DNA of 64,000 bases from Opitutales bacterium (lineage in GTDB: Bacteria > Verrucomicrobiota > Verrucomicrobiia > Opitutales > PNEW01). Shown one piece after another: positions 12,360-23,826 of the stretch. Each line of letters begins with the position of its first letter. Position 1 is the first letter of the stretch. The DNA lies in assembly GCA_965197745.1 (NCBI GenBank), contig CBDANS010000005.1, positions 352,001 through 416,000 of the forward strand. The letters run 5' to 3'. Made by a program: the position numbers and the translations under genes. The notes beneath the pieces are model-generated. The model was not told where the DNA came from and did not search any database. It was given only the letters and a program-made list of their open reading frames with translations.

Positions 12360-12833
12360 ATGTCCAGACGACGTAGAGCAGAGAAGAGATCGTTATCTCC
12401 CGATCCCAGGTATAATAGTACTCTGGTCAGTCATTTCATTAATATCGTCATGCACGATGGTAAAAAAACAACCGCAGAGAAGATTGTATACGGAGCTTTT
12501 GAGGGTGTAAGTGAAAAGCTGGGGAAAGGCGATCCCATTGATTTACTTCTGGGGGCCTTGGAAAATGCCAGACCAAAGCTGGAGGTTAAAAGTCGCCGCG
12601 TGGGCGGTCAAACCTATCAGATACCGCTGGAGATACCCTATGAGCGTCAACAGAGTCTGGCTTTCCGATGGTTGCGTGATGCTGCAGCCCACAAAAAAGG
12701 GGTAAAGATGAAAGATGCGCTCGCACTTGAAATAGTCGACGCTTATAATAATACCGGTACGGTGGTGAAGAAAAAAGAAGATGCCCATCGTATGGCTCAA
12801 GCTAACCGCGCATTTGCTCATTTGCGTTGGTAG
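12360..12833 (+). CDS. rpsG: 30S ribosomal protein S7
   Basis: [19 protein letters not shown]. Confidence 0.99.
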   Translation: MSRRRRAEKRSLSPDPRYNSTLVSHFINIVMHDGKKTTAEKIVYGAFEGVSEKLGKGDPIDLLLGALENARPKLEVKSRRVGGQTYQIPLEIPYERQQSLAFRWLRDAAAHKKGVKMKDALALEIVDAYNNTGTVVKKKEDAHRMAQANRAFAHLRW

Positions 12834-12857
12834 AGCTTGTGTAACTTTTTTTGTCCT

Positions 12858-15014
12858 ATGGTTTTGGTCTCAGAACTATCTGCTGTTAATTCTACAGAAC
12901 GTAAATTCCCACTGGAGTATACGCGCAATATCGGTATCGCTGCACATATAGATGCCGGTAAAACAACGACTACGGAACGCATTCTATTTTACTCAGGTGT
13001 AGTCCACAGAGTAGGCGAAGTTCATGATGGCAACACGATTACTGACTGGATGGAGCAGGAACGGGAGCGTGGCATCACGATTACTTCTGCCGCCATTTCA
13101 TGCAACTGGAATACAAAGACCGGACCTTTCGCTGATATTCAGCACCAGATAAATATTATTGATACGCCAGGCCACGTTGATTTTACCGCTGAAGTGGAAC
13201 GATCGCTTCGCGTCTTAGATGGTGCGGTGGGCATTTTCTGCGCTGTCGCTGGCGTTCAACCCCAGTCGGAAACAGTTTGGCGCCAGATGGATAAATATTT
13301 TGTCCCTCGAGTCGCGTTCGTAAATAAAATGGACCGGACAGGAGCTAATTTTCTTAATTGTGTCGATGATATTAGAAATAAACTGGGCGGCAACGCCCAC
13401 CCCATTTTTTTACCGATCGGTGCCGAAGGAAATTTCAAGGGTCTTATTGATTTAATAACCATGGAGGCATTGATCTATGATGAAGATGATCCTTCAGGGG
13501 TAAATTATTCTTCAACTGAGATTCCTTCAGAGTATGCGGATGAAGCGGATAAATATCGCGACGCCCTCATTGAAGCCCTGTCCGATTATGATGATAATAT
13601 CGCCGAAAAATATCTCGATGGAAATGAGATATCGACAGAACAGATTCGGAACGCAATACGTATAGCTACCCTAAGCTTGAAATTTCTCCCCGTCATACCG
13701 GGGAGTGCTTTTAAAAATAAGGGAGTTCAGATGCTTTTTGATTCAGTTATCGACTACTTACCCAATCCCCTTGATTTACCTCCTGTTGTTGGACATAAAG
13801 ATGATGGGACAAAGCTCGATATCAGACCCAATGACGGAGAACAGGTCACTGCTTTAGCTTTTAAATTAATGACTGATCCTTATGTCGGGAAATTAGTCTT
13901 TATTCGTATTTACTCAGGGACTCTCAAGAAAGGGAGCTCGCAATACAATCCTCGAACAGGGAGGATGGAACGCATCAGTCGTCTCATGGTTATGAAAGCG
14001 GATTCCCGTGAAGACATAGATACCGCGTATAGCGGTGACATATGTGCAATTATTGGTGCTAAAGATGTTATTACCGGGGATACCCTTTGTGATAAAAAAA
14101 ATGAACTGCGACTTGAACCGCCGACTTTTCCCGAACCTGTTATTTCAATGTCAATTGAACCTAACAGTAAAGGGGAACAGGAAAAACTATCTATAGCTTT
14201 GAAGCGGCTCTCCGAGGAGGATCCAACATTTGTCGTTTCCACTAACCATGAAACGGGTCAAACGATCATCGCCGGCATGGGTGAACTCCATCTGGAAATT
14301 ATTCGCGATCGTCTTTTCCGCGAATTTAAAGTAGAGGCTGATGCCGGGAAACCACAGATTGCCTACCGTGAGACCGTGACAAAGGTGGCTCAAGGGGAGG
14401 GTAAGTTTATCCGTCAGTCTGGAGGTCGTGGCCAATATGGTCATGCCGTGATAAAAATGGAACCCAATGAAAAGGGTAAAGGGGTTGAAGTGATCAGCGA
14501 AATTGTGGGTGGCGTGATCCCTAAGGAATATATTAAACCGACAATCATGGGTATTAATGAAGCAGCGAATAATGGGACTATTGCCGGGTATCCGGTTATC
14601 GACTGGGTAGTGCGAATCGTAGATGGCAGCTTTCATGAAGTTGATTCCTCTGAAATGGCTTTCAAAATGGCGGGAATTTTTGCCTTCAAAGAAGCGATGA
14701 AAGTGGCTAAACCGATCCTTCTGGAACCGATCATGAAAGTCGAAGTTACAACTCCCGAAGAATATCAAGGAGATATTATGGGTGATCTCAATCGCCGCCG
14801 TGGTAAAATTCAAGGGATTGAATCAAAAAATAATTTGAATATAATATCCGTACATGTTCCTCTTGAGACAATGTTTGGATATTCCACTGATATGCGTTCA
14901 CTGTCAAAAGGCCGAGCGTCATTTGCTATGGAGCCATCTCATTTTGAGCAGGTGCCAGCTAGCTTATTAAAGAATATTGTCGAAACCATCTCCCGGGAAC
15001 CAGCAAGAAGTTAA
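12858..15014 (+). CDS. fusA: Elongation factor G
   Basis: [37 protein letters not shown] 12858 preferred over TTG 12837. Confidence 0.98.
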   Translation: MVLVSELSAVNSTERKFPLEYTRNIGIAAHIDAGKTTTTERILFYSGVVHRVGEVHDGNTITDWMEQERERGITITSAAISCNWNTKTGPFADIQHQINIIDTPGHVDFTAEVERSLRVLDGAVGIFCAVAGVQPQSETVWRQMDKYFVPRVAFVNKMDRTGANFLNCVDDIRNKLGGNAHPIFLPIGAEGNFKGLIDLITMEALIYDEDDPSGVNYSSTEIPSEYADEADKYRDALIEALSDYDDNIAEKYLDGNEISTEQIRNAIRIATLSLKFLPVIPGSAFKNKGVQMLFDSVIDYLPNPLDLPPVVGHKDDGTKLDIRPNDGEQVTALAFKLMTDPYVGKLVFIRIYSGTLKKGSSQYNPRTGRMERISRLMVMKADSREDIDTAYSGDICAIIGAKDVITGDTLCDKKNELRLEPPTFPEPVISMSIEPNSKGEQEKLSIALKRLSEEDPTFVVSTNHETGQTIIAGMGELHLEIIRDRLFREFKVEADAGKPQIAYRETVTKVAQGEGKFIRQSGGRGQYGHAVIKMEPNEKGKGVEVISEIVGGVIPKEYIKPTIMGINEAANNGTIAGYPVIDWVVRIVDGSFHEVDSSEMAFKMAGIFAFKEAMKVAKPILLEPIMKVEVTTPEEYQGDIMGDLNRRRGKIQGIESKNNLNIISVHVPLETMFGYSTDMRSLSKGRASFAMEPSHFEQVPASLLKNIVETISREPARS

Positions 15015-15019
15015 AGATT

Positions 15020-15328
15020 ATGGCCAACCAGAGAATCCGCATAAAACTAAAAGGGTATGATTATCGTGTCATCGATCAATCGGCTTCAGAGATTGTGGAT
15101 ACTGCTAAGCGTTCCGGCGCGCGTATCGCGGGGCCAGTGCCATTGCCCGTTCGAATAGAAAAAATTTCGGTTAATCGCTCACCACACGTCAATAAAAAGT
15201 CCATGGATCAATTTGAAACGCGCACCCATAAAAGGCTCATTGATATAATCGATCCCACCGCACAGACCGTCGATGAACTTAAAAAACTTAACCTCCCTGC
15301 GGGGGTTGACATCACCATTAATGTTTAA
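15020..15328 (+). CDS. rpsJ: 30S ribosomal protein S10
   Basis: [30 protein letters not shown]. Confidence 0.99.
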   Translation: MANQRIRIKLKGYDYRVIDQSASEIVDTAKRSGARIAGPVPLPVRIEKISVNRSPHVNKKSMDQFETRTHKRLIDIIDPTAQTVDELKKLNLPAGVDITINV

Positions 15329-15392
15329 CATCATCTCCCCTTTGCTCGATATATGTATTAACCTGCTTTTCTAAATATTCAACCCTACTAAT

Positions 15393-15446
15393 GCAGGGCT
15401 ATGAAAAATGGAGACGACTCCAGATAAAGTAGTCTTCTTCCCCTGC
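15393..15446 (+). promoter_or_regulatory. Long bulged hairpin just upstream of rplC (candidate r-leader)
   Basis: Nested pairs GCAGGG/CCCTGC, GAA/TTC, GGAGAC/GTCTTC, ACT/AGT; ends 11 nt before the ATG. Confidence 0.45.
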
Positions 15447-15457
15447 CGCTTAGAAAA

Positions 15458-16105
15458 ATGAACTATACTTTAATTGGTAAAAAAATCGGTATGACACAGG
15501 TATACGACGGCGAAAACCGTCTTTTACCTGTGACCGTAGTTGAGGCAGGTCCCTGTTATGTCACTCAGGTAAAAACATCTGATTCTGACGGTTATAATGC
15601 CATTCAGATCGGCTACGGAGCAAAAAATGCCAGGAATGTAAATAAAAGTGAGATCGGCCATTTTAAAAAAGCCAAGGTTGACCCTGTTGCCGCCCTTAGT
15701 GAAGTAAGGTTTAAAGAGTCCCCTGAATTTAATGTGGGTGACAAATTGACGGTATCGGGCTTCGAGGAAGGTCAGAAAGTAGATATTGTAGGAGTCACTA
15801 AGGGAAAAGGATTTCAAGGCGTAGTACGGCGATATAACTTTTCTGGTGGCAATGCCACTCACGGATCAATGACACATAGACGTGGGGGCTCCTACGGGCA
15901 ATGCCAATGGCCAGGTAGAATTTATAAGGGGAGAAAAATGCCGGGTCAGATGGGCAATGTTCGACGTACCGTTCAAAATATACAGGTTGTCAAAGTTCTT
16001 GAAAAGAAGAATGTCCTCCTCTTGAAGGGAAGCCTCCCCGGTTCGAATGGAAGCCAGGTTATGATTAGAACCGCTAAAAAATCCAAAACCCCGCTTAAAA
16101 ATTAA
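15458..16105 (+). CDS. rplC: 50S ribosomal protein L3
   Basis: GKKIGMTQ, KGKGFQGV, KMPGQMG. Confidence 0.99.
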   Translation: MNYTLIGKKIGMTQVYDGENRLLPVTVVEAGPCYVTQVKTSDSDGYNAIQIGYGAKNARNVNKSEIGHFKKAKVDPVAALSEVRFKESPEFNVGDKLTVSGFEEGQKVDIVGVTKGKGFQGVVRRYNFSGGNATHGSMTHRRGGSYGQCQWPGRIYKGRKMPGQMGNVRRTVQNIQVVKVLEKKNVLLLKGSLPGSNGSQVMIRTAKKSKTPLKN

Positions 16106-16117
16106 CAATCTGCTACG

Positions 16118-16750
16118 ATGAAACTTAAAGTCTACACTACCGACGGGGGTAAGAGTAAGGAAACGAACTTTGATATTCCTGAACTTAAAGGTGACAAGGG
16201 ATTGAAGGCGCTTAAGCAGGTAATATTAGCCCACGGAGCGAACCGGCGTCAGGGTAACGCCTCGACTAAGACTCGCGCTGAAGTTCGTGGTTCTGGTAAG
16301 AAACCCTGGCGTCAGAAGGGCACGGGATTAGCGCGAGCAGGCAGCCGTCGATCTCCTATTTGGAGAGGCGGTGGCATTACTTTTGGACCACGTCCGCGTG
16401 ATTACACCCAGAAAATAAATAAGAAAATGAAAGATCTCGCGTTCCAGCGAGCGATTTTTGAACGGGCTGTCGATGGGGATATAAATGTCATTGAACAGTT
16501 CGAGGTGAAGGAACCAAAGACGCGAATTTTAAATTCTATCATCGGGAAAATAGCCCCTCAGGGCAGAGTGCTTATTGTCGATGATAATTTTAGTGACTCA
16601 GCTAAATTAGCAGCGCGCAATATTGAACGTCTGGCGGTCACTGAAGCCGATACCGTAAACGCGTTCGATTTCGCTCTATATGACAAAATCATTTTTAGTA
16701 AGAAAGGCATCGATAAGGTGCTTTTTCGGGTACAGGGAGAACCGTCATAA
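16118..16750 (+). CDS. rplD: 50S ribosomal protein L4
   Basis: TKTRAEV, KPWRQKGTG, FGPRPRDY. Confidence 0.99.
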   Translation: MKLKVYTTDGGKSKETNFDIPELKGDKGLKALKQVILAHGANRRQGNASTKTRAEVRGSGKKPWRQKGTGLARAGSRRSPIWRGGGITFGPRPRDYTQKINKKMKDLAFQRAIFERAVDGDINVIEQFEVKEPKTRILNSIIGKIAPQGRVLIVDDNFSDSAKLAARNIERLAVTEADTVNAFDFALYDKIIFSKKGIDKVLFRVQGEPS

Positions 16751-17040
16751 TGTTTGAAACCGATAAAATATTGCAGGAACTCGTAATTACCGAAAAGGCA
16801 ACTGAGCTTACCTCGATGGCCAATAAATATACCTTTAAGGTTTTTCCTGAGGCCACTCGCACCAATGTGGCCCGCGCCGTGGAAAAAGTTTTTTCCGTTA
16901 CAGTGACAGGGGTAAATATTTTAAATGTAAAACCCAAAATAAAACGCGATCGTACGCGCCACGGAAAGCTCGGTCGAAAGGGAGGTATGAAAAAGGCTAT
17001 TGTCACGCTTAAAGAGGGAGAGCAATTACAAGTATTGTAA
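16750..17040 (+). CDS. rplW: 50S ribosomal protein L23
   Basis: ITEKA, YTFKV, KKAIVTL; TAATG overlap with rplD. Confidence 0.98.
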   Translation: MFETDKILQELVITEKATELTSMANKYTFKVFPEATRTNVARAVEKVFSVTVTGVNILNVKPKIKRDRTRHGKLGRKGGMKKAIVTLKEGEQLQVL

Positions 17041-17059
17041 ACGGCAAAGAATTTGAATC

Positions 17060-17899
17060 ATGGCTATTATAAATAAAAAACCGCTAACTCCCGGCCAGCG
17101 TTTTCACGTCAGCAATAAATCCGAGGTCGATAAAAAGCGGCCGGAAAAGCGTTTGTCCAAGGCTCAAAAAAAGACAGGGGGAAGGAACTGTTATGGACGT
17201 ATTACTTCGAGAAGACGGGGAGGGGGTCACGCGCGCCTTTTTCGGAAAATCGATTTTAAACGGGATAAACTGGATATTCCCGCTAAGATTACAGCCATTG
17301 AATATGATCCCAACCGATCCGCAAATATTGCTTTGCTTGTCTATGCCGACGGCGAAAAGCGCTATATCTTGGCCACTAATGATATTAAAGTGGGCGACAC
17401 CTTATTGAGTACTGAGACTAAAGCTATTTTTGATTCTGGAAATAATCTTCCCTTAAAAATGATTCCTCCCGCGACAAAAGTACATGCAATTGAATTGCAG
17501 TCTGGTAAGGGCGCACAAATCGCGCGTTCAGCAGGCACTGCTGCTCAACTCGTGGCTGTCGAGGGTGAGCACGCCACACTTAAAATGCCCAGTGGTGAAA
17601 TGCGTATGGTCCGCTCAGATTGCAAGGCGACAATAGGTGAAGTAGGAAACTCCAATCATAAAATAATTTCATTGGGGAAAGCAGGGAGAAATCGTTGGAA
17701 AGGTCGCCGGCCTCGAGTCCGTGGCGTTGCGATGAACCCGGTTGATCATCCCATGGGTGGAGGAGAAGCTAAAACTTCAGGCGGGGGTCACCCGGTATCA
17801 CCCTGGGGTCAGCTTTCCAAAGGTTTTCCCACTCGCCGTAAACAGGCATCCGATCGTATGATCCTCATACGAAGCAATGGTCGCAAAGTGAAGCATTAA
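17060..17899 (+). CDS. rplB: 50S ribosomal protein L2
   Basis: [24 protein letters not shown]. Confidence 0.99.
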   Translation: MAIINKKPLTPGQRFHVSNKSEVDKKRPEKRLSKAQKKTGGRNCYGRITSRRRGGGHARLFRKIDFKRDKLDIPAKITAIEYDPNRSANIALLVYADGEKRYILATNDIKVGDTLLSTETKAIFDSGNNLPLKMIPPATKVHAIELQSGKGAQIARSAGTAAQLVAVEGEHATLKMPSGEMRMVRSDCKATIGEVGNSNHKIISLGKAGRNRWKGRRPRVRGVAMNPVDHPMGGGEAKTSGGGHPVSPWGQLSKGFPTRRKQASDRMILIRSNGRKVKH

Positions 17900-17919
17900 T
17901 ATACAATCAATATATAACT

Positions 17920-18195
17920 ATGGCACGCTCTATTAAAAAAGGTTTTTTCGTTGATCCCAGTCTTTGGAAAAAAGTTTCAATGGCCCAGGAAACGAATTCA
18001 CACAAACCGATAAGGACCTGGTCTCGTCGATCAACGGTCACTCCGGAATTTGTTGGTCTCAATTTTGAGGTGCATAACGGCAAAAACTTTATTGCCGTTC
18101 ATATCACTGAAAATATGGTTGGCCAAAAATTGGGTGAATTTTCACCCACCCGCACCTTTAGATCCCATAATCCACATACTAAAAAGGCAATATGA
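17920..18195 (+). CDS. rpsS: 30S ribosomal protein S19
   Basis: [20 protein letters not shown]. Confidence 0.99.
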   Translation: MARSIKKGFFVDPSLWKKVSMAQETNSHKPIRTWSRRSTVTPEFVGLNFEVHNGKNFIAVHITENMVGQKLGEFSPTRTFRSHNPHTKKAI

Positions 18196-18269
18196 TTTAA
18201 TCGTTAATGGCCATTGATACTAAAATCCTGATTTATATCGAAATTCACTTTTTTTAAAATTTTTCAACC

Positions 18270-18614
18270 ATGGAAGTTCAAGCGCTAACAAAATATGCTC
18301 GAATGTCGCCGAAGAAAATGCGCGATATTACACGCGAAATTCAAGGGCGGAAAGCTAATGAAGCATTGGAAATGCTCGGGTTTATTCCGAGAAAGTCTGC
18401 TCGTCTTGTCGCTAAGACGTTGAAATCAGCCTTGGCCAATGCCGAAAATAATCACAATTTACCATCAGATTCGCTCGTCATAAATAAGGCGGTGGTGGAG
18501 GAAGGTCCCGCCCTCGGGCGTTTTAAAGCAGGGGCGAGGGGCACGGCTAAACCAAGAGAAAAACGTCAAAGTCACATTCGAATTATCCTCTCGGATAACG
18601 AAAATAAACAATAA
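18270..18614 (+). CDS. rplV: 50S ribosomal protein L22
   Basis: SPKK, SALANAENN, SHI; synteny. Confidence 0.98.
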   Translation: MEVQALTKYARMSPKKMRDITREIQGRKANEALEMLGFIPRKSARLVAKTLKSALANAENNHNLPSDSLVINKAVVEEGPALGRFKAGARGTAKPREKRQSHIRIILSDNENKQ

Positions 18615-18623
18615 GATAGATAT

Positions 18624-19265
18624 ATGGGACAAAAAGTAAATCCAATTGGTTTTCGTCTTCAAGTTCGACGCGACTGGGAGTCGAGGTGGTATGCCGAAAA
18701 GAAAGAATTCGGATTATTACTCGAAGAGGATTATAAAATCCGTAATCGCCTGCATAATAGATTAAAGTATGCGGCAGTGCCTCGCATTTTCATCGAACGC
18801 GCCAGCAATCGAATAAGAATTAAACTTTTTACGGCGCGACCAGGAATTGTCATTGGACGAAAAGGTCAGGAACTGGATAAAGTGAAGGATGAGCTTCACA
18901 AGTTGCTGCAAAAAGAAATTTTGCTTGATATTCAGGAAGTAAAAAAGCCTGATCTGGTTGCTCAGTTAATGGCTGAAAATGTGGCTTTACAATTGGAACG
19001 TCGTATTTCCTTTCGCAGGGCGATGAAAAAAGCGGTACAAACCGCAATGAGCCTCGGAGCGGAAGGCATTCGTATTCAAGTTGCCGGCTGTTTGGGCGGG
19101 TCAGATATCGCCCGGACACAATCCCAGCGTGCAGGTAGGGTTCCCTTGCATACTTTACGAGAAAACATTGACTATGGATCCGCCAGAGCAAGCACGGTTT
19201 GTGGTGTCATAGGAGTGAAATGCTGGATGTGCACTAAACAAGATGAAAATCCGTTAAGCGGTTAA
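18624..19265 (+). CDS. rpsC: 30S ribosomal protein S3
   Basis: MGQKVNPIGFRL, ARPGIVIGRKG, GRVPLHTLR. Confidence 0.99.
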   Translation: MGQKVNPIGFRLQVRRDWESRWYAEKKEFGLLLEEDYKIRNRLHNRLKYAAVPRIFIERASNRIRIKLFTARPGIVIGRKGQELDKVKDELHKLLQKEILLDIQEVKKPDLVAQLMAENVALQLERRISFRRAMKKAVQTAMSLGAEGIRIQVAGCLGGSDIARTQSQRAGRVPLHTLRENIDYGSARASTVCGVIGVKCWMCTKQDENPLSG

Positions 19266-19271
19266 ATTTCT

Positions 19272-19691
19272 ATGGCTCTTATACCCTCAAGAACAAAATA
19301 TCGAAAATCTCAACGGGGTCGTATGCGCGGCAACGCAAAACGTGGATACACGCTTGCCTTTGGCGAATTTGGTATTCAAAGCCTGGGACTCGGATGGGTA
19401 ACCTCGTCTCAGATAGAAGCTGCCCGTGTCGCCGTCAATCGGCATCTCAAGCGTAGAGGTAAAGTATACATTCGCATATTTCCTCATAAACCAATTTCTC
19501 ATAAACCTGCGGAAACCCGTATGGGTAAGGGAAAAGGTCCGACCGAAGCATGGGTCAGTATCGTCAAACCAGGCACGATTATATTTGAAGTCTCGGGAGC
19601 TGGGTTATCTGCCGCGCGTGAGGCCTTGAGTCTCGCTGATGGTAAACTTTCCCTGAAATGTCGTTTTATCAGCAGGGAAGGACTAATGTAA
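19272..19691 (+). CDS. rplP: 50S ribosomal protein L16
   Basis: QIEAAR, IRIFP, RMGKGKG. Confidence 0.99.
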   Translation: MALIPSRTKYRKSQRGRMRGNAKRGYTLAFGEFGIQSLGLGWVTSSQIEAARVAVNRHLKRRGKVYIRIFPHKPISHKPAETRMGKGKGPTEAWVSIVKPGTIIFEVSGAGLSAAREALSLADGKLSLKCRFISREGLM

Positions 19692-19699
19692 TTTATCCC

Positions 19700-19903
19700 A
19701 TGGAAGCTAAAGAAATACGCGAACTGAATATTTCAGAAATTGATAAGAAGATCCGTGATACGCGTGATCAGATGCTTCATATGCGCCTGCACAAAGAAAC
19801 GGGTCAGGTAGAAAATCCTAGTGAGATACGCAGTTTGCGACGCGATATAGCCCGTCTGGAAACGATAGTTGGTGAGATGCGAGCAGCTGAAAATAAAAAA
19901 TAA
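19700..19903 (+). CDS. rpmC: 50S ribosomal protein L29
   Basis: [23 protein letters not shown] 19700 avoids overlap with rplP. Confidence 0.96.
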   Translation: MEAKEIRELNISEIDKKIRDTRDQMLHMRLHKETGQVENPSEIRSLRRDIARLETIVGEMRAAENKK

Positions 19904-19920
19904 TTTATTACTTATACAAT

Positions 19921-20196
19921 ATGGAATCTAAACCGAGAAATAAAAGAAAAAATATTATAGGTGTCGTCACGAGCCGGTCAGGCGATAAGACGGTTAAAGT
20001 AACGTATGCCTATAAAATTCCGCATAGTCGCTATACCAAAGAAATAAAGCGTGAAACGGTGGTCCATACCCATGACGAAAAGAATGAATGTGGGGTGGGG
20101 GACAAAGTGGAAATAATGGAAACTCGGCCTTTGAGTAAACTGAAACGCTGGCGGATCAGTCGCGTTATAGAACAAGCGCAAGAAGTTATAAGCTAA
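19921..20196 (+). CDS. rpsQ: 30S ribosomal protein S17
   Basis: [25 protein letters not shown]. Confidence 0.98.
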   Translation: MESKPRNKRKNIIGVVTSRSGDKTVKVTYAYKIPHSRYTKEIKRETVVHTHDEKNECGVGDKVEIMETRPLSKLKRWRISRVIEQAQEVIS

Positions 20197-20233
20197 TAGC
20201 GATTATCCCTCTACTCTCTTTACAAGCACCGCC

Positions 20234-20599
20234 ATGATACAGCTCTTAAGTAAACTTGATATAGCCGATAATACCGGAGCTAAAAGTGCGAAAATGATAC
20301 GCCGGTTGGGGCAATTGAAAAAAACCGCTTCGATAGGGGATGTCATTGTCGTGAATATTAAAGAGAGCACAACCACAGCTACAGTAAAGAAAGGCGAGGT
20401 GGTAAAAGCCGTAGTCGTTCGTACCAAAGCTCCTATTCGTCGATCCGATGGCAGCTATCTACGTTTCGACAGCAATGCTATTGTTCTTCTGGATGCCACG
20501 GGTAACCCTAGCGGCACTCGAATTTTTGGACCCGTTGCCCGCGAATTACGCCAAAAGAATTTTATGAAAATTGTAAGCCTGGCCCCGGAAGTTTTATAA
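20234..20599 (+). CDS. rplN: 50S ribosomal protein L14
   Basis: [26 protein letters not shown]. Confidence 0.99.
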   Translation: MIQLLSKLDIADNTGAKSAKMIRRLGQLKKTASIGDVIVVNIKESTTTATVKKGEVVKAVVVRTKAPIRRSDGSYLRFDSNAIVLLDATGNPSGTRIFGPVARELRQKNFMKIVSLAPEVL

Positions 20600-20600
20600 A

Positions 20601-20879
20601 ATGAAAAAACGAATAAAAACAGGTGATGAAATTATAGTCATTGCTGGTAACCATAAAGGTGAACGGGGGAAGGTGCTGCAGGTTTTTCCCAGCCAGGAAC
20701 GTGTTCTGGTTGAAGGAATTAATTTAAAGACCAGACATCAAAAAGCTAATACTGCAGATGGGCAGAGCAATCCTGAGGGTGGTATTATTAAACGCGAGGC
20801 GCCCTTTCATCTCTCTAATGTAATGCAAGCTGAACGCTGGGACTCACGTCAGGGAGCAAAGCAGGTAAAGAGCAAATAA
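20601..20879 (+). CDS. rplX: 50S ribosomal protein L24
   Basis: KOW GDEIIVIAG, VEGIN, EAPFHLSNV. Confidence 0.98.
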   Translation: MKKRIKTGDEIIVIAGNHKGERGKVLQVFPSQERVLVEGINLKTRHQKANTADGQSNPEGGIIKREAPFHLSNVMQAERWDSRQGAKQVKSK

Positions 20880-20985
20880 AAATCCTGAAAATCATCTATT
20901 GCCGTATAATAAACCCTTTTTACTGCAAATAATATTAAATTTGTCTTGAAACCAGAGTAGACACCTGAAAAATCATGCATTTTTT

Positions 20986-21033
20986 GCTCAATATCCTTAA
21001 ATACGTTGCCCCTTAGGGTTGACGTCAATGAGC
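20986..21033 (+). promoter_or_regulatory. Hairpin immediately before the rplE start (candidate S8 operator)
   Basis: GCTCA/TGAGC outer stem, ACGTTG/TGACGT and CCC/GGG inner stems; closes 1 nt before the ATG. Confidence 0.4.
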
Positions 21034-21034
21034 T

Positions 21035-21586
21035 ATGTCAAAACCCGTTTTAAAATCATATTATCTAGAAGAGATTGTCCCTGCGTTGATGAAAAGCCGG
21101 GGCTACGTTAATAAGCACCAGATTCCAACGATTGATAAAGTTGTCATAAATTCCGCTGTAAGTGCAGACCTTGAAAGAAGTGCCATCGATGATACGGCGA
21201 GTGAATTGGCTCTGCTTGCCGGGCAAAAACCCATTATTACTAAAGCACGACAAAGCGTCTCTAACTTTAAAGTCAGACAGGGAATGCCATTAGGGGCAAA
21301 GGTCACGCTTCGCGGTAATCAAATGTACGAGTTTCTTTACAGGCTCATCGGAATTGCATTACCCGAAATTCGCGACTTTCGAGGCGTTTCCAATAAATTC
21401 GATGGCCATGGAAATTATACGCTTGGGATCACCGACATCACAATTTTTCCAGAGATTAATTCGGATACCCTGAAACGTAGTATGGGATTGGATATAACTA
21501 TCGTAACGGGGACTGATGACGACCAGGAAGCAAGGGAACTGCTATCACTTTTGGGATTTCCATTTCGTGATAGCAGCAGCAACTGA
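21035..21586 (+). CDS. rplE: 50S ribosomal protein L5
   Basis: GQKP, KVTLRG, RDFRG, FDGHGNY, IFPEI. Confidence 0.99.
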   Translation: MSKPVLKSYYLEEIVPALMKSRGYVNKHQIPTIDKVVINSAVSADLERSAIDDTASELALLAGQKPIITKARQSVSNFKVRQGMPLGAKVTLRGNQMYEFLYRLIGIALPEIRDFRGVSNKFDGHGNYTLGITDITIFPEINSDTLKRSMGLDITIVTGTDDDQEARELLSLLGFPFRDSSSN

Positions 21587-21609
21587 TAATTATTTTATTT
21601 AAAAGAACT

Positions 21610-21915
21610 ATGGCTAAAAAAGGAATGATTGAACGCAATAAGAGGCGCCAGCGCCTGGTAGAAAAATATGCTGCTCTACGCGCTGAACTCAAAGGTATTC
21701 TGGCCGACGCCAATACGACAGATGAGGATTTTTATAAAGCCCAAAGAAAGCTTGCCAAGTTGCCCCGCAATTCAAGCGCTATTCGGCTTCGCAACCGTTG
21801 TGCCGTTACCGGGCGCCCACGCGCCTACCTCCGTAAATATCGTCTATCACGTATTACCTTTCGTGAAATGGCGCTGGAAGGAAAAATTCCCGGAGTTACT
21901 AAATCTTCCTGGTAA
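21610..21915 (+). CDS. rpsN: 30S ribosomal protein S14 (long, Zn-free form)
   Basis: 101 aa, [25 protein letters not shown]; single Cys. Confidence 0.99.
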   Translation: MAKKGMIERNKRRQRLVEKYAALRAELKGILADANTTDEDFYKAQRKLAKLPRNSSAIRLRNRCAVTGRPRAYLRKYRLSRITFREMALEGKIPGVTKSSW

Positions 21916-21955
21916 ACTTATTAATACCGCTTTCGATTAGATTGTTCTATTTATC

Positions 21956-22348
21956 ATGTCTGATACCATCAGTGATTTTTTAACGATTATCCGCAATGCC
22001 AATCGCGCTCGCAAGGATACGTGTACAGCACCTTATTCGAAGATGAAAATGCGTATTGCCGAGATTATGAAAGGTGAGGGTTTTATCCGCAATTGCGCAG
22101 AGGGAAAAGATGAGAGAGGTCACCCCTCTATTATTATTACGATGAAATATGTTGATGAGAAAACCGCTATAAGCGATATACAACGCTGGAGTAAACCCGG
22201 ACGGCGTCTCTATTATCAGCATGATGATATCCCCAAAGTGTTAGGGGGTCTTGGACTTGGTATCATGACAACCTCTAAAGGAGTAATCAAAGATCGTGAT
22301 GCCCGCCGTGAAAAAGTAGGCGGGGAACTGATCTGTGCTGTGTGGTAA
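21956..22348 (+). CDS. rpsH: 30S ribosomal protein S8
   Basis: DFLTIIRNA, SKPGRRLY, TTSKG, GGEL. Confidence 0.99.
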   Translation: MSDTISDFLTIIRNANRARKDTCTAPYSKMKMRIAEIMKGEGFIRNCAEGKDERGHPSIIITMKYVDEKTAISDIQRWSKPGRRLYYQHDDIPKVLGGLGLGIMTTSKGVIKDRDARREKVGGELICAVW

Positions 22349-22366
22349 TACTTGACCCTTTTTCCT

Positions 22367-22903
22367 ATGAGCAGAATTGGCAAATTACCTGTTAGTATTC
22401 CCGATAAAGTCTCCGTCAACGTGGAGAATAATAAGGTATTCGTTGAAGGGCCGAAGGGTAAACTGGAAAAAGGGTTTAACGCATCAGTGACCATTAAAGT
22501 GGAGAACAATGAAATATTAGTGAACCCGGGCAACAACGGTCGTTTTGCCAAAGCCATGCATGGCACTGCCCGGTCCATAATTGCCAATATGGTTCATGGT
22601 GTAACTGAGGGCTTTAGTAAAAATTTAGAAATTAGTGGCGTTGGCTTTCGTGCTTCATTGCAGGGTAATTTACTCAATCTTAATCTGGGATATTCTCATC
22701 CCATAGACTATGAGATTCCCGAGGGAATCAATATCAGTGTAGAGGATAACACCAAAATTAAAGTTGAGGGAATGGACAAACAACTCGTCGGTACGGTTTG
22801 CGCTCAATTAAAACACTATTACCCTCCGGAGCCATACAAGGGTAAAGGTGTGCATATTGAAGGGCAGTATTTACGGCGAAAAGAAGGTAAAACAGTTGCG
22901 TAA
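22367..22903 (+). CDS. rplF: 50S ribosomal protein L6
   Basis: MSRIGKLP, GPKG, LGYSHP, PEPYKGKG. Confidence 0.99.
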   Translation: MSRIGKLPVSIPDKVSVNVENNKVFVEGPKGKLEKGFNASVTIKVENNEILVNPGNNGRFAKAMHGTARSIIANMVHGVTEGFSKNLEISGVGFRASLQGNLLNLNLGYSHPIDYEIPEGINISVEDNTKIKVEGMDKQLVGTVCAQLKHYYPPEPYKGKGVHIEGQYLRRKEGKTVA

Positions 22904-22924
22904 ACTATTGGTAATAAGTTGATA

Positions 22925-23287
22925 ATGGATTTATTAAAGAAAAAAGAGCTCAGGCAGAAGCGAATCTGGCGCATACGCAAGAAAGTTAAGGGAACGGAAT
23001 CGCGCCCTCGATTGTGTGTCCATTTCAGCAATCAGCACATTTATGTTCAAGCCATCGATGATGAAGCGGGAAAAACATTAGTTTCGGTGAGCACCTTGAA
23101 CAAAGAAGTCCGAGCGAAAAAGATCGCCAACAATATAGAGGGTGCGACCAATCTAGGCCAGATTTTTGGCACTAAGGCAATAGAGGCTGGTATATCGAAT
23201 GTTGTCTTTGACCGCAACGGCCGCCTTTATCATGGAACCGTTAAAGCATTTGCTGATTCAGCTCGAAAAGCAGGACTGAAATTTTAA
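22925..23287 (+). CDS. rplR: 50S ribosomal protein L18
   Basis: [18 protein letters not shown]. Confidence 0.98.
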   Translation: MDLLKKKELRQKRIWRIRKKVKGTESRPRLCVHFSNQHIYVQAIDDEAGKTLVSVSTLNKEVRAKKIANNIEGATNLGQIFGTKAIEAGISNVVFDRNGRLYHGTVKAFADSARKAGLKF

Positions 23288-23295
23288 TTAATTTA

Positions 23296-23802
23296 ATGAG
23301 TATACAAGCACAGAATAATAACCCGCAGGCGGAAGAAGAAGCTCCCGAATTTGTGGAAAAAGTCGTTCATATTAATCGCTGTGCAAAAGTGGTTAAAGGT
23401 GGCCGACGATTCAGTTTCTCTGCCACGGTTGTAGTTGGTGACCACCGAGGCGAAGTCGGTGTGGGCTATGGAAAAGCTAAGGAAGTTCCCGAAGCAATCC
23501 GTAAAGGTACTGACAGTGCCCATAGAAATCGCACCAAGGTTGAACTTAGAGGGGATACCATTCCTCACTATATAGTGGGAGTCCATGATGGCGGTCGCGT
23601 CCTTCTTCGACCCGCCAGCCCGGGAACCGGTATTCTTGCTGGGGGGGGTGTTCGAGCCGTCCTTGAGGCAGCTGGCGTTAAAGATGTGCTGACGAAGTCA
23701 CTGGGTTCGAACAATCATGGAGCGGTGGTAAATGCGACATTTAAAGCTTTAAAACAATTGCGTTCAAAAGAAACGATAGAACTGATACGCAAAGCGGAAT
23801 AA
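23296..23802 (+). CDS. rpsE: 30S ribosomal protein S5
   Basis: [25 protein letters not shown]. Confidence 0.99.
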   Translation: MSIQAQNNNPQAEEEAPEFVEKVVHINRCAKVVKGGRRFSFSATVVVGDHRGEVGVGYGKAKEVPEAIRKGTDSAHRNRTKVELRGDTIPHYIVGVHDGGRVLLRPASPGTGILAGGGVRAVLEAAGVKDVLTKSLGSNNHGAVVNATFKALKQLRSKETIELIRKAE

Positions 23803-23826
23803 GCGTATCTGAAATTTAGTTTAATC

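Noticed and set aside
14187..14813. 208-aa antisense ORF within fusA, and similar antisense ORFs in rplL, rplQ and gyrB
   Set aside because: Explained by codon bias of the sense gene; no recognisable motifs
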